From: Clostridia bacterium
Lineage (GTDB): Bacteria; Bacillota; Clostridia; UBA1212
Assembly: GCA_017444825.1 (NCBI GenBank)
Contig: JAFSVU010000054.1
Location: 20,169-84,168, forward strand
Length of the DNA: 64,000 bases
Direction: 5' to 3'
Shown piece by piece: positions 17,798 to 27,220 of the stretch (position 1 is its first letter; every line of letters starts with the position of its first letter). The notes beneath the pieces are model-generated. The model did not search any database, was not told the origin of the DNA, and worked only from the letters and a program-made list of their open reading frames with translations. A program made the translations under genes and the position numbers.

Positions 17798-19102
17798 ATG
17801 CCCGACCTTACCGATTTTTATCCATATGTGATCATATTGACGGAGCTGATGATGGTCGCGATGGTCGTCCACGTCATCAATTACACGGGATTCAAGAAGA
17901 ACCAGAAGATCTGGTACCTTCTTACTTTTGTTACGATCATGTTTTGCGCCGCCGCAGAGTTTATGGTCCACGGCGGTCTCTATAAGCCGTCTTTCAGAAT
18001 ATTGTTTACGGTCATCACGGTGCTGCAGTTTTCGGCGGCTCCGCTGCTTGGCGTGCTGTTCGTGGGTGCCCTTGGTTTTGATAAACACTTAAACGTTGTG
18101 CTCACGGTGTTTGCCGCCCACTTCCTGGTGGAGATAGTTTCCGCACCCTTCGGGTGGGTGTTCCGCTTTGACGAGAACGGCTATTCCAGGGGAGATCTGT
18201 TTTTCATATACGAAGTTTTCTACGCACTGAGCCTGATATATCTGATCATAGGTATGATCCTCTGCGGAAAGCAGTTCCGGCACAGGGACGGTATGACGAT
18301 AGCCATGATATTGGTTATACTTATCGCAGGCATCGTGCCAATGATGGTCTTCAAGGTCAACATCACGTACATAGCCATCGCCATCAGCGCCAGCATCTGC
18401 TACATTTACTACAATGACCTGGTCCAGCAGGATATAAAAGCGGAGCTTGTGGCCAATCAGGGAAAAATGACCGAGATGCAGGAGCACGTGATCTTCGGAT
18501 TGGCGAGTCTTATCGAAAACCGGGATCTGGAGACGGGAGGCCATATCGTCCGCACCAGCGCGTACGTTAAGCTGATAGCTGAAAATGCGAGAAAAGACGG
18601 GTATTATACCGATATCCTTGACGACGAATTTATTTCGCTGCTTAAGACTCTTGCACCGATGCATGACATCGGAAAGATCGCTATTCCGGACAGCATACTG
18701 CAAAAACCGGGCAAGCTGACAACGGAAGAATTTGAACAGATGAAAAAGCACGCCGAGAAGGGCGGAGAAGTCATAAAACAGGCTCTCAGCGGCATTGGCG
18801 ATGAGAAATACCTCGACTTTGCTGTGGACATTGCCACATACCACCATGAGAGATGGGACGGCACCGGGTATCCCGGGGGACTCAAGGGCGAGGAGATACC
18901 TCTTTCAGCCAGGATAATGGCGGTGGCGGACGTGTTCGACGCGCTCATATCCGAGAGGTGCTATAAAAAACCAATACCGAAGGAAGAGGCCTTTGACATC
19001 ATTGAGAATGAAGCCGGTTCCCACTTCGATCCGGTATTGGTTAAGGTCTTTCTTGATCATAAGGACGAGATCTTCAGCGAGGAAGAGGTCCCAGTCAAAT
19101 AA
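17798..19102 (+). CDS. Membrane HD-GYP phosphodiesterase with multi-TM N-terminus
   Basis: About 7 TM helices, then ENRDLETGGH, HDIGK, HHERWDGTGYP and ADVFDAL. Confidence 0.92.
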   Translation: MPDLTDFYPYVIILTELMMVAMVVHVINYTGFKKNQKIWYLLTFVTIMFCAAAEFMVHGGLYKPSFRILFTVITVLQFSAAPLLGVLFVGALGFDKHLNVVLTVFAAHFLVEIVSAPFGWVFRFDENGYSRGDLFFIYEVFYALSLIYLIIGMILCGKQFRHRDGMTIAMILVILIAGIVPMMVFKVNITYIAIAISASICYIYYNDLVQQDIKAELVANQGKMTEMQEHVIFGLASLIENRDLETGGHIVRTSAYVKLIAENARKDGYYTDILDDEFISLLKTLAPMHDIGKIAIPDSILQKPGKLTTEEFEQMKKHAEKGGEVIKQALSGIGDEKYLDFAVDIATYHHERWDGTGYPGGLKGEEIPLSARIMAVADVFDALISERCYKKPIPKEEAFDIIENEAGSHFDPVLVKVFLDHKDEIFSEEEVPVK

Positions 19103-19138
19103 GCGGGCTGACGGATGACTCCGCCGGTGCCGCTTTTT
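19101..19138. terminator. Terminator between convergent genes
   Basis: AAGCGG...CGGA-tgac-TCCG...CCGCTTTTT. Confidence 0.6.
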
Positions 19139-19943
19139 ATTTAATGTCGCTCTTTTTGAAAACTATCAGCCCCGCCAGCGTTAAAACCAATATGCAGACC
19201 GCGTAGGAGACGACCCCCAGCAAAAATGACGTCAGGTCGAAGGTGCCCTTTGCCAGGAACGAGGTGTTTGTGTAGGTGGGTATCAGGCAGAGCAGCCTGT
19301 TCTCGTCAAGGGGATCCACCGCATGGATGCCGTTCCCGATGAGGCTGAGGCCCATAAGCACCACCGCGGAGATTATTACCGCCGGCGCGGTGTTCTTGAT
19401 CGAAAGGGTCACCATGGTCGAGACCGAGGCTCCGAAGAATATCGTGATGCCGCCGGTGGCGTAAAAATAGACAAGCTTTAATACTTCAGCCTTATCGATG
19501 TCGACGCCGTAGCCGAAAACGGGTATCACTGCCGCCAGGAAAATGAGGTTGCTGACCACCATGAGAAAGGCGCCTGTAAGCCCCGAGGTGATGAGGTGGG
19601 AAAAATAGATGGCCGTTCTGCTCCTTCCCGCGATTATCTTGTTCCTGAGAGTACCGTTTGAGATATCCCCCGCCACAAAGAGGGTTATGAATATGGGCAA
19701 TATCAGCCCCATGTTGCTTGAAAGCACGAACTGCTCGCTGAGAAGCTGCTGCCCGGTCATGTTAAGCCCCGTCATATTCATGTTCATCATGCTCTGAAGC
19801 TCAGAGGTTGCGGCTATCAGTTTATCGAGACCAAAGTAAAGAAGTACCGTCAGCACGGGAAAAACCAATGCCAGCAGCGCCGCGATCAAAAACAGTTTAC
19901 TTTTAAAAATACGGTAAAGATCCGCTTTAAGCAGCTTTCCCAT
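19137..19943 (-). CDS. ABC-2 type transporter permease (BcrB-like)
   Basis: MGKLLKADLYRI, six TM helices, DISNGTLRNKIIAGRSR, terminal FKKSDIK. Confidence 0.88.
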   Translation of the reverse strand: MGKLLKADLYRIFKSKLFLIAALLALVFPVLTVLLYFGLDKLIAATSELQSMMNMNMTGLNMTGQQLLSEQFVLSSNMGLILPIFITLFVAGDISNGTLRNKIIAGRSRTAIYFSHLITSGLTGAFLMVVSNLIFLAAVIPVFGYGVDIDKAEVLKLVYFYATGGITIFFGASVSTMVTLSIKNTAPAVIISAVVLMGLSLIGNGIHAVDPLDENRLLCLIPTYTNTSFLAKGTFDLTSFLLGVVSYAVCILVLTLAGLIVFKKSDIK

Positions 19944-19944
19944 G

Positions 19945-20877
19945 TCATCCCCTCACTTTCCCGAGGTAATAGTCCTCCACGGACTGCTCGCGCATATTTA
20001 TCGAAGTGATCCTGATCCTGTTTGCCACAAGTATCTCCATCACGGTGTTTACGTCAACGTCGCCGAAGATCCTGACCACCCCGTTTTCCGCACTGACCGC
20101 TCTGAAGATCCGCACCCCTGCAAGCACGGCCTGGGCGGCCTTTGCCTCCTCCTGACTCTGAAAGCCCAGCTCAACCTTGGCGGAGGCGGCCCTGTGAAGG
20201 TCGCTTACCAGTATCTCCTCCGTGAGTTGCCCCTTTGAAATGAAGCCTATCTTATTGCAGACCTTGTCCAGTTCAGAGAGTATATGGCTTGAGATAAGGA
20301 AGGTGATGCCCCTTGCGTTGAGCCTTTTTATGGTCTCCCTCATGTCGATGAATCCCTGTGGGTCGAGGCCGTTCATGGGCTCGTCAAGCAGCACGAATTC
20401 CGGGTCCTGAAGTATGACCGTGGCAATGCCGAGACGCTGCCTCATACCGAGAGAAAAGTGCCTGACTTTTTTAGAACCAATGTCATCCACGTCAAGGCCC
20501 ACCTCCCGCAGAACCTCCCGCAGCTCTTCGTCGGACTTGGTTATGCCGCAAATGAAGCACTGATATTTGAGGTTCTCAACGGCGGTCATCGATTTGTTCA
20601 GCGAAACGCTTTCCACTATCCCCGCTACCCGCCTTCTTCCGAGAGCCTTGTCCTTTTCCTCGCCAAAGAGATAGAAAGTGCCCTCGGTAGGGGCGGCAAG
20701 ACCTGTGACCAGTCTTATGACCGTTGTCTTTCCCGCTCCGTTTTCTCCCACAAAACCGTAAATGTCTCCTTTTTCGATGTGCATATTCACGTCCTTAACG
20801 GCGTATTTCTTCTTGTACACCTTGGAGAGGTTTACGGTCCGGAGCACGTAATTGTCGTTAACCAATGAATTTTCCAT
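19945..20877 (-). CDS. ABC transporter ATP-binding protein (BcrA / lantibiotic-immunity-like)
   Basis: GENGAGKTT, FSLGMRQRL, LLDEPMNGLDP, SSHIL. Confidence 0.92.
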   Translation of the reverse strand: MENSLVNDNYVLRTVNLSKVYKKKYAVKDVNMHIEKGDIYGFVGENGAGKTTVIRLVTGLAAPTEGTFYLFGEEKDKALGRRRVAGIVESVSLNKSMTAVENLKYQCFICGITKSDEELREVLREVGLDVDDIGSKKVRHFSLGMRQRLGIATVILQDPEFVLLDEPMNGLDPQGFIDMRETIKRLNARGITFLISSHILSELDKVCNKIGFISKGQLTEEILVSDLHRAASAKVELGFQSQEEAKAAQAVLAGVRIFRAVSAENGVVRIFGDVDVNTVMEILVANRIRITSINMREQSVEDYYLGKVRG

Positions 20878-21069
20878 AACAGTTCCTTTCGGGACCTCTT
20901 CACGATCCTGCTGGGATTATACCAGAAATCAGGGCCTGTTTAAAGCCGGATTCTTTTAATGCGCGTGCGTGTGCACGTTATAGATGGGCGAAAAAATCCG
21001 CTTTCAGAAACGGCCGATATGTGATAAAATCACTATGATTATCCGTATGCGGAGGGTGAAGTAAAAATC

Positions 21070-23211
21070 ATGAGGAAAAAAACTTCTCTTGTTTACAAAT
21101 TCCTTTACAGGATGAATCTGATATGGATCAATGTCATGATGTCAGTGCTGGTGTCGGTGCTGGCTGCGTATTCGTTTATCAGGGGCGGCCAGACAGCGCT
21201 CTTTGTGATACTGCTCATATTGGTTATTTCGATGGTGGGCATCGACGTTACACTCACTCTGGTGAGGCGCCAGAGGGCCATCAAAGAGGCTGAAAATCTC
21301 GGCATCTCGGACGAAAAGGGCACCGTGTGCACCGGACTCCTTGACGCCATGCAGCTCCCCACGTTCATTGTGTCGACGGAGGGAAAGATACTCTGGGCGA
21401 ACATGGACTTTAAGGACATGTGCGACATCTTAAAGATGAAGCCTTCCCACGTGGTGGACAAGGTCTTCTCCGAAAAGGTCTACAGGAAGCTGACGCCGGA
21501 CATTGACGCGCTGAACGGATCCATTGAGATCGGAAACAGAACTTACAGATATTTTGCGTCCCACGTCGCGGCGGGAGAGAGCCTTTCCCAGTCGGGCGTC
21601 TGCTGCGCAGTCTACTTCTTTGATATCACCGCCGTTGCAAGACTTAAAGAGCTGTACAAGACAAACAAGGTGGTCCTTGGCGAAATACTCATAGACAACT
21701 ACGAGGAGATCTACCAGGCCAACGGCGAGACCGTGGCGAACCAGGTGCTCATCGCGGTGAACGATATATTCGCGAAGTGGATCGAAGGAAAGAACGCGAT
21801 AATCAAGGGCCTCGCCAGGGAGAGATACATCATCGTCGTTACCGAGGAGAGTCTGAAGCGCCTGGAGGAGGAGCAGTTCATAGTCCTTGAGAGCGTTAAG
21901 AAGATATCTGTGGGAAATTCGATACAGGTCACTCTCTCCATCGGTCTGTCGTCCAACAGGCTGGAGCTCACCGACGCGGCTTTCGACGCCCTGATGAAGG
22001 ATAAGACGGAGGACGATAACTACAAAAAAGCCTTCAAAGACACTCTGCCGGAGCACTTTACGACGGTGGACGAGCTCCTGAACCTCAGTCTTTCGAGAGG
22101 CGGAGACCAGGCGATAGTTAAGATCGGTAACGATAAGAGAAACAACCTTTTCTTCGGCGGCAGTGAGATAGATACCGACCGTGAGGATATGGTGGCCGTG
22201 AGAGTTCTCGCGGGGCAGCTGAAGGACGCCATCCTGGCCTCCGGCAAGGTGCTCGTGATGGGCCACGCTTCAGCGGACCTTGACGCTCTCGGCTCAGCTC
22301 TGGCTGTGTACAGAATAGCTGTTTCACTGGGAAAGACTGCCTACGTAGTTCTCAACGGACCTAACTCCCAGATCGCTGTCATGTATTCTGCGATCATGGC
22401 TACCGGTGAATATGCGGACGTTTTCATTTCGGAGAGCGAGGCTCTCAATATACTTGACGAGAGCACGCTTACGATAGTTGTGGACACGTTCTCCGCGAGA
22501 CAGTGCGAATCGCCGGAGGTGGTGAAGAACTCCGAGAGGCTGGCGGTCATTGACCATCACAGAAGAGGCGTTGACGCCATCGAGCATGCGGTCATAAACT
22601 ACACCGACACCAGAGCTTCGTCTGCCAGCGAGCTCATAGTGGAGCTTTTGAGATATATTTTCCCCACCGAGAAGATACTGAGGAAGATAGAGGCGGAGAC
22701 TCTTTACGGAGGCATCCTCGTCGATACGAAGAACATGTTCTTTAAGACCGGAAGAAGAACCTTTGACGTGTGCTCATATCTGAGACAGCTTGGCGTCATT
22801 CCGGTGGCGGTGAGAAAATACATCCAGCCCGGCTACGAGGACTATAAAAAGATCAATGCCATCGTCGGCGGCATGAAATTCATGATAATAAACGGAAAGG
22901 GCGTCGCCATAACCCAGTGCGAGCTTCCGAAGAACGAGGCAAACACCCTCGCTCCCATCGCGGCGGACAAGATGCTGGAGATAGCGGGCGTGGACTGCTC
23001 CTTTGTGCTGATCAGGATCGAGAACGACATGGCTATAAAGGCGAGATCCCTTGGCGAGGTAAACGTACAGCTTATCCTTGAAAATCAGGCGATCAACGGC
23101 GGAGGTCATTTCACAGCCGCTGCGGGACTTCTCAAAAACACTTCACCTGAAAAGGCGGAGTCGCTTCTGGTCAGCATACTTAAGAACGAAGGCATAAAGA
23201 ACGGCGATTGA
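21070..23211 (+). CDS. gdpP: c-di-AMP phosphodiesterase GdpP (TM-PAS-degenerate GGDEF-DHH-DHHA1)
   Basis: Two TM helices, IDNYEE, SRGGDQA, MGH.SADLDALGS, IDHHRR, GGGH; lies upstream of rplI. Confidence 0.92.
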   Translation: MRKKTSLVYKFLYRMNLIWINVMMSVLVSVLAAYSFIRGGQTALFVILLILVISMVGIDVTLTLVRRQRAIKEAENLGISDEKGTVCTGLLDAMQLPTFIVSTEGKILWANMDFKDMCDILKMKPSHVVDKVFSEKVYRKLTPDIDALNGSIEIGNRTYRYFASHVAAGESLSQSGVCCAVYFFDITAVARLKELYKTNKVVLGEILIDNYEEIYQANGETVANQVLIAVNDIFAKWIEGKNAIIKGLARERYIIVVTEESLKRLEEEQFIVLESVKKISVGNSIQVTLSIGLSSNRLELTDAAFDALMKDKTEDDNYKKAFKDTLPEHFTTVDELLNLSLSRGGDQAIVKIGNDKRNNLFFGGSEIDTDREDMVAVRVLAGQLKDAILASGKVLVMGHASADLDALGSALAVYRIAVSLGKTAYVVLNGPNSQIAVMYSAIMATGEYADVFISESEALNILDESTLTIVVDTFSARQCESPEVVKNSERLAVIDHHRRGVDAIEHAVINYTDTRASSASELIVELLRYIFPTEKILRKIEAETLYGGILVDTKNMFFKTGRRTFDVCSYLRQLGVIPVAVRKYIQPGYEDYKKINAIVGGMKFMIINGKGVAITQCELPKNEANTLAPIAADKMLEIAGVDCSFVLIRIENDMAIKARSLGEVNVQLILENQAINGGGHFTAAAGLLKNTSPEKAESLLVSILKNEGIKNGD

Positions 23212-23231
23212 GCCGGAAACGGAGGGTTAAA

Positions 23232-23678
23232 ATGAAACTCATACTCAAAGCAGACGTTAAAGGTTTGGGAAAGAAAGATGAAATGGTGGAGGCATCCGAC
23301 GGATACGCCAGAAACTATCTGATACCGAGAGGGCTTGGCGTTGAGGCCAGCACCGCCAATATCAACCAGATGCGCGACAAGCAGAAGGCCGCAGCGAACA
23401 AGCAGCAGCGGGAGGTCGATTACGCAAACACGTTTAAGGAGAAGCTGGACGGAAAGACCGTTGAGGTGAAAGCCAAAGCGGGGGAGAACGGAAAGCTTTT
23501 CGGAGCCATTGGCGCCAAGGACATCGCAGATGCCATCGAGGCTCAGTTCGGCCTTGAGATCGATAAGAAAAAGATAGTGCTTGACGAGCCCATCAAGGCT
23601 ACCGGTGCGAAAGAGGTCACCATAAAGCTTTTCCAGGGCATCAATGCGAAGGTGAGTGTTGACGTAAAAGGAAACTGA
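23232..23678 (+). CDS. rplI: 50S ribosomal protein L9
   Basis: MKLILKADVKGLGKK...DGYARNYLIPRGL, GKLFGAI. Confidence 0.97.
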   Translation: MKLILKADVKGLGKKDEMVEASDGYARNYLIPRGLGVEASTANINQMRDKQKAAANKQQREVDYANTFKEKLDGKTVEVKAKAGENGKLFGAIGAKDIADAIEAQFGLEIDKKKIVLDEPIKATGAKEVTIKLFQGINAKVSVDVKGN

Positions 23679-23750
23679 AGGGTTTCGGAGCAGGCCCCGG
23701 AAGGCGCGGGCCGGATAAAGGTTTTTTCATGAGAAGGCGAGGGTAATCGA

Positions 23751-25082
23751 ATGCCTGATAACGGAAATATGACAATACCTCAGGCCATAGAGTCGGAGAA
23801 CGCTTTGCTGGGAGCCATGCTCACGGAGAGCGGCGTCGTAATGGACATTATCGACGAGGTCAAAGCGGATGATTTTTACAACGACAGTAACAGGACCGTG
23901 TTTGAGGCGTGTCTTAAGCTTTTCAACGAGGGCGTAAAAGTCGATCTGCTGACCGTCATGGAAAAACTCGACAAGGCAGGCGTCCTGGACAAGATAGGCG
24001 GCATGGGATATCTCACGTCTCTTGCGGGGGGCTCTTTCCTTGTGGCCAATGCCGTCACGTATGCACAGATGATCGCCGAAAAGGCCACCATGAGGCGCCT
24101 GATCACAGCGGGAAGAAGCATTGTCGATGCGGCATACAAGGGAGACAAGGGTCTCGAGGGCACTGTTGAATTTGCCGAAAACACCATATTGAAGGTGACC
24201 CAGAGCACCAACACCAAGGGGTATGCGATACTGGCGGACGTGAACCAGGACGTGTTCATGGAGCTTGAACAGAACGTGGGAAAGAGCGGAATGACGGGCA
24301 TCCCCACAGGCTTTTACGACCTTGACCGGGCACTTGCCGGTATGAAGAAGGCGGATATGATCGTGGTCGGTGCGAGACCGGGTATGGGAAAGACTGCTTT
24401 CATGCTCGACATCGCAAGATACGTCGGTTTTAAGAAAAAGCTGCCGGTGGCCATATTCAACCTGGAAATGACCAAGGAACAGCTGGCGCTCCGTATGCTT
24501 AGCGCCCAGGCGGACGTGGAGAGCGAAAAGCTCAAGAAAGCGACTCTCAGCCCCAACGACTGGAATGCCCTTGCTGAGGCTGTAGCGGAGTCAAGAGACG
24601 TGCCGATATACATCGACGACACCACGGATGCAAGCATCCAGAGCATCAGGGCAAAGTGCCGTAAGATGAAGCTGGAAAACGATATAAAGCTTATCATCAT
24701 CGACTACATGCAGCTCATGACTTCCGCCGGAAGGCGTGGCGACAGCAACCGTGTGGTGGAGGTCTCGGACATCTCCAGGCAGATAAAGATGATGGCCCGC
24801 GAGCTGGAGGTACCAATCATAGTGGGCTCGCAGCTCAACCGTGAAGTCGACAAGAGGGACGACAACAGGCCCAAGATGAGCGATCTCAGAGAGTCCGGCG
24901 GTATCGAGCAGGACGCCGATGTGGTGCTTTTCCTCTACAGGGAGGAGGTCTACAACAAAGAGACCAAGCAGCAGCACATAGCTGAGGTCATTATAGGTAA
25001 GCAGAGAAACGGTATGACCACCACCTGCAGACTGTATTTCGACCAGGACCACGTGACTTTCAAAAATCTGTCGAAAAAATAG
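23751..25082 (+). CDS. dnaB: Replicative DNA helicase
   Basis: GARPGMGKTAF, IDYMQLM, SQLNR, DLRESGGIEQDAD, KQRNG. Confidence 0.97.
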   Translation: MPDNGNMTIPQAIESENALLGAMLTESGVVMDIIDEVKADDFYNDSNRTVFEACLKLFNEGVKVDLLTVMEKLDKAGVLDKIGGMGYLTSLAGGSFLVANAVTYAQMIAEKATMRRLITAGRSIVDAAYKGDKGLEGTVEFAENTILKVTQSTNTKGYAILADVNQDVFMELEQNVGKSGMTGIPTGFYDLDRALAGMKKADMIVVGARPGMGKTAFMLDIARYVGFKKKLPVAIFNLEMTKEQLALRMLSAQADVESEKLKKATLSPNDWNALAEAVAESRDVPIYIDDTTDASIQSIRAKCRKMKLENDIKLIIIDYMQLMTSAGRRGDSNRVVEVSDISRQIKMMARELEVPIIVGSQLNREVDKRDDNRPKMSDLRESGGIEQDADVVLFLYREEVYNKETKQQHIAEVIIGKQRNGMTTTCRLYFDQDHVTFKNLSKK

Positions 25083-25124
25083 GTGGATGGCATTGGTTTC
25101 ATCAAGAGCTGCCGGAAGGGTGTT

Positions 25125-26609
25125 ATGTCTGATCTTCTGAAAATTTACGACAAATTCAAAGAAATTACAGAGAAAAGGGAACTGATCTTGGAAGGCGATG
25201 CGGTGCTTGCGGCCGTTTCCGGAGGCAGAGATTCGACGGCCCTTCTTTTGCTTCTTTCACGCCTTGTGTCCGAAAAAACCAATGTGACCCTCGCGATGTT
25301 CCACTACAACCACTGTCTCAGGGGGGCGGAGTCTGACGGGGACGCGAGATTTGCCGAAGAACTGGCCCGAAAGCTCGGTATAGAGTGCTTCTCGGAAAGA
25401 GGGGACGTGGCCGGGTACGCCGCAAAGAACAGGCTGTCCATAGAGACCGCCGCCCGCGACATGAGATACGGGGCCCTGAGAAAATGTGCGGAGAGGATCA
25501 AAAAGGATACCGGGCGGAACGTCAAAATAGCCGTTGCCCACACCGCCGAGGACAGGGCGGAGACGGTATTCCTCAACATCGCAAGAGGCACCTCCGTCGA
25601 CGGTCTTGAGGGAATAAAATACATAAGCGGCGATATAATAAGGCCCCTTCTTGACTTCACAAAGGAAGACGTGGAGACCGTGTGCCGGGAGCTTGGCACC
25701 GGGTACAGGACCGACTCCACCAATTTTGAGAGGATCGGAAAGCGAAACATGGTCAGGCTGGACGTTTTTCCGATGATCAACGAAAAAATGGGCTGTGACA
25801 TCACGGAGAGGCTCCTTTCGCTCTCAAAGCTTGCGGCGGAGGACGGGGATTATCTTTCCGGGGCCGCAGACGAGGCGTTTAAAGAATGCGCGACTCTTTC
25901 CGGAAACGGGGACGTGGTTCTGAGACCTGAAAGCATTGAAAAGCTTCATCCCGCTCTAAGGTCCAGGGTCGTGAGAAAAGCGATATCATTGGCGTCGGAT
26001 GAAAAGGGCTTCAGACCCTACAAGGACTGTGTGTCGCTCGGAAGCGACACCGTGGCCAGAACATTGAACTTTATAAAAGGCGGCAGGGGGAGTCTGGAGC
26101 TGGGAAAAAACGTCTACTGCACAGGCTCTGCCGGGAAATACAGGATAACCGCCGGAGTTAAAGACCGCGGGACGGGGGAACCAATTGTCATCGACGGGCG
26201 CCTTCTGACCGGGGGCGGCACGGCCCGGGGCAGCGGAACGCTCAAGATCGTGATCGATACCCTGACCGGTGATGATATCGGAAAAGCCGTCAAAGAGGCG
26301 GCGGACTCCGGGGAAAAACAGACGGTATTTGACCTTGACAGGCTCCTCGGACTGATCACTGACGGGGAGAGCCTTGTCGTAAGAGCTCCCGCAGAGGGGG
26401 ACAGAATAAGACCTTTCGGTGCAGGCGGGGGAAAACCCCTGGGAAAATTTCTCACTGACAGAAAAATTCAAGCTGCGGAGAGGTATAATATCAAAGTGCT
26501 GGCGCTGGGAAAGAATGCGCTTCATGTTTTCGGCGTGAGGAGATCCGATGCGGCGCCTGTTACCGGAAGCACGGAGAGATGCGTGCGGATGAAACTCATA
26601 GAAGAATAG
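25125..26609 (+). CDS. tilS: tRNA(Ile)-lysidine synthetase
   Basis: PP-loop SGGRDS, ARDMRY, AHTAEDRAET, IIRPLL, DSTN; tilS-hpt-ftsH synteny. Confidence 0.93.
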   Translation: MSDLLKIYDKFKEITEKRELILEGDAVLAAVSGGRDSTALLLLLSRLVSEKTNVTLAMFHYNHCLRGAESDGDARFAEELARKLGIECFSERGDVAGYAAKNRLSIETAARDMRYGALRKCAERIKKDTGRNVKIAVAHTAEDRAETVFLNIARGTSVDGLEGIKYISGDIIRPLLDFTKEDVETVCRELGTGYRTDSTNFERIGKRNMVRLDVFPMINEKMGCDITERLLSLSKLAAEDGDYLSGAADEAFKECATLSGNGDVVLRPESIEKLHPALRSRVVRKAISLASDEKGFRPYKDCVSLGSDTVARTLNFIKGGRGSLELGKNVYCTGSAGKYRITAGVKDRGTGEPIVIDGRLLTGGGTARGSGTLKIVIDTLTGDDIGKAVKEAADSGEKQTVFDLDRLLGLITDGESLVVRAPAEGDRIRPFGAGGGKPLGKFLTDRKIQAAERYNIKVLALGKNALHVFGVRRSDAAPVTGSTERCVRMKLIEE

Positions 26610-26613
26610 GAGC

Positions 26614-27144
26614 ATGGAAATGTACGAAAAATGCGAAGAAGTCCTTATAAGCAGAGAGAGTCTTAACGAGAGAGTCGCTCAGCTCGGCGAACAGATCACA
26701 AAGGATTACGAGGGAAAAGAACTGATAGTCATTGGCGTTCTCAGGGGATCGTTTATATTTCTGGCGGATCTGGTCAGGGCCATCAAGATGCCTCTCAGCC
26801 TCGACTTTATGATCGCGAAAAGCTACGTTGGCACGGAGACGACGGGCGAGGTCAGGATCCTTAAGGACGTGGATGTAAAGATTGCCGGAAAGCACGTGCT
26901 CATAGTAGAGGACATCGTTGATTCCGGATTCACGCTTTCCAAGCTTGTGGGCCACTTCGAGGGCAGAAATGCGGCCAGCGTAAAGATATGCACCGCTCTC
27001 AACAAGCCTTCCAGAAGGGTCGTAAAGGATCTGAAGGTGGATTACGTTGGTTTTGACGTTCCGGACGCCTTTGTGGTAGGCTACGGTCTGGACTTCAACG
27101 ACATGATGAGAAATTTCCCGGAGATCAGGATATACAAGCCCTGA
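26614..27144 (+). CDS. hpt: Hypoxanthine phosphoribosyltransferase
   Basis: VLIVEDIVDSGFTL, FVVGYGLD. Confidence 0.96.
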   Translation: MEMYEKCEEVLISRESLNERVAQLGEQITKDYEGKELIVIGVLRGSFIFLADLVRAIKMPLSLDFMIAKSYVGTETTGEVRILKDVDVKIAGKHVLIVEDIVDSGFTLSKLVGHFEGRNAASVKICTALNKPSRRVVKDLKVDYVGFDVPDAFVVGYGLDFNDMMRNFPEIRIYKP

Positions 27145-27220
27145 TGCCATTGGTTAATATATAAATTCCCGGGGGCTGCGGTCAAAAAGGCACCTGCCGG
27201 AGATCTGGAGGACAAACAGA

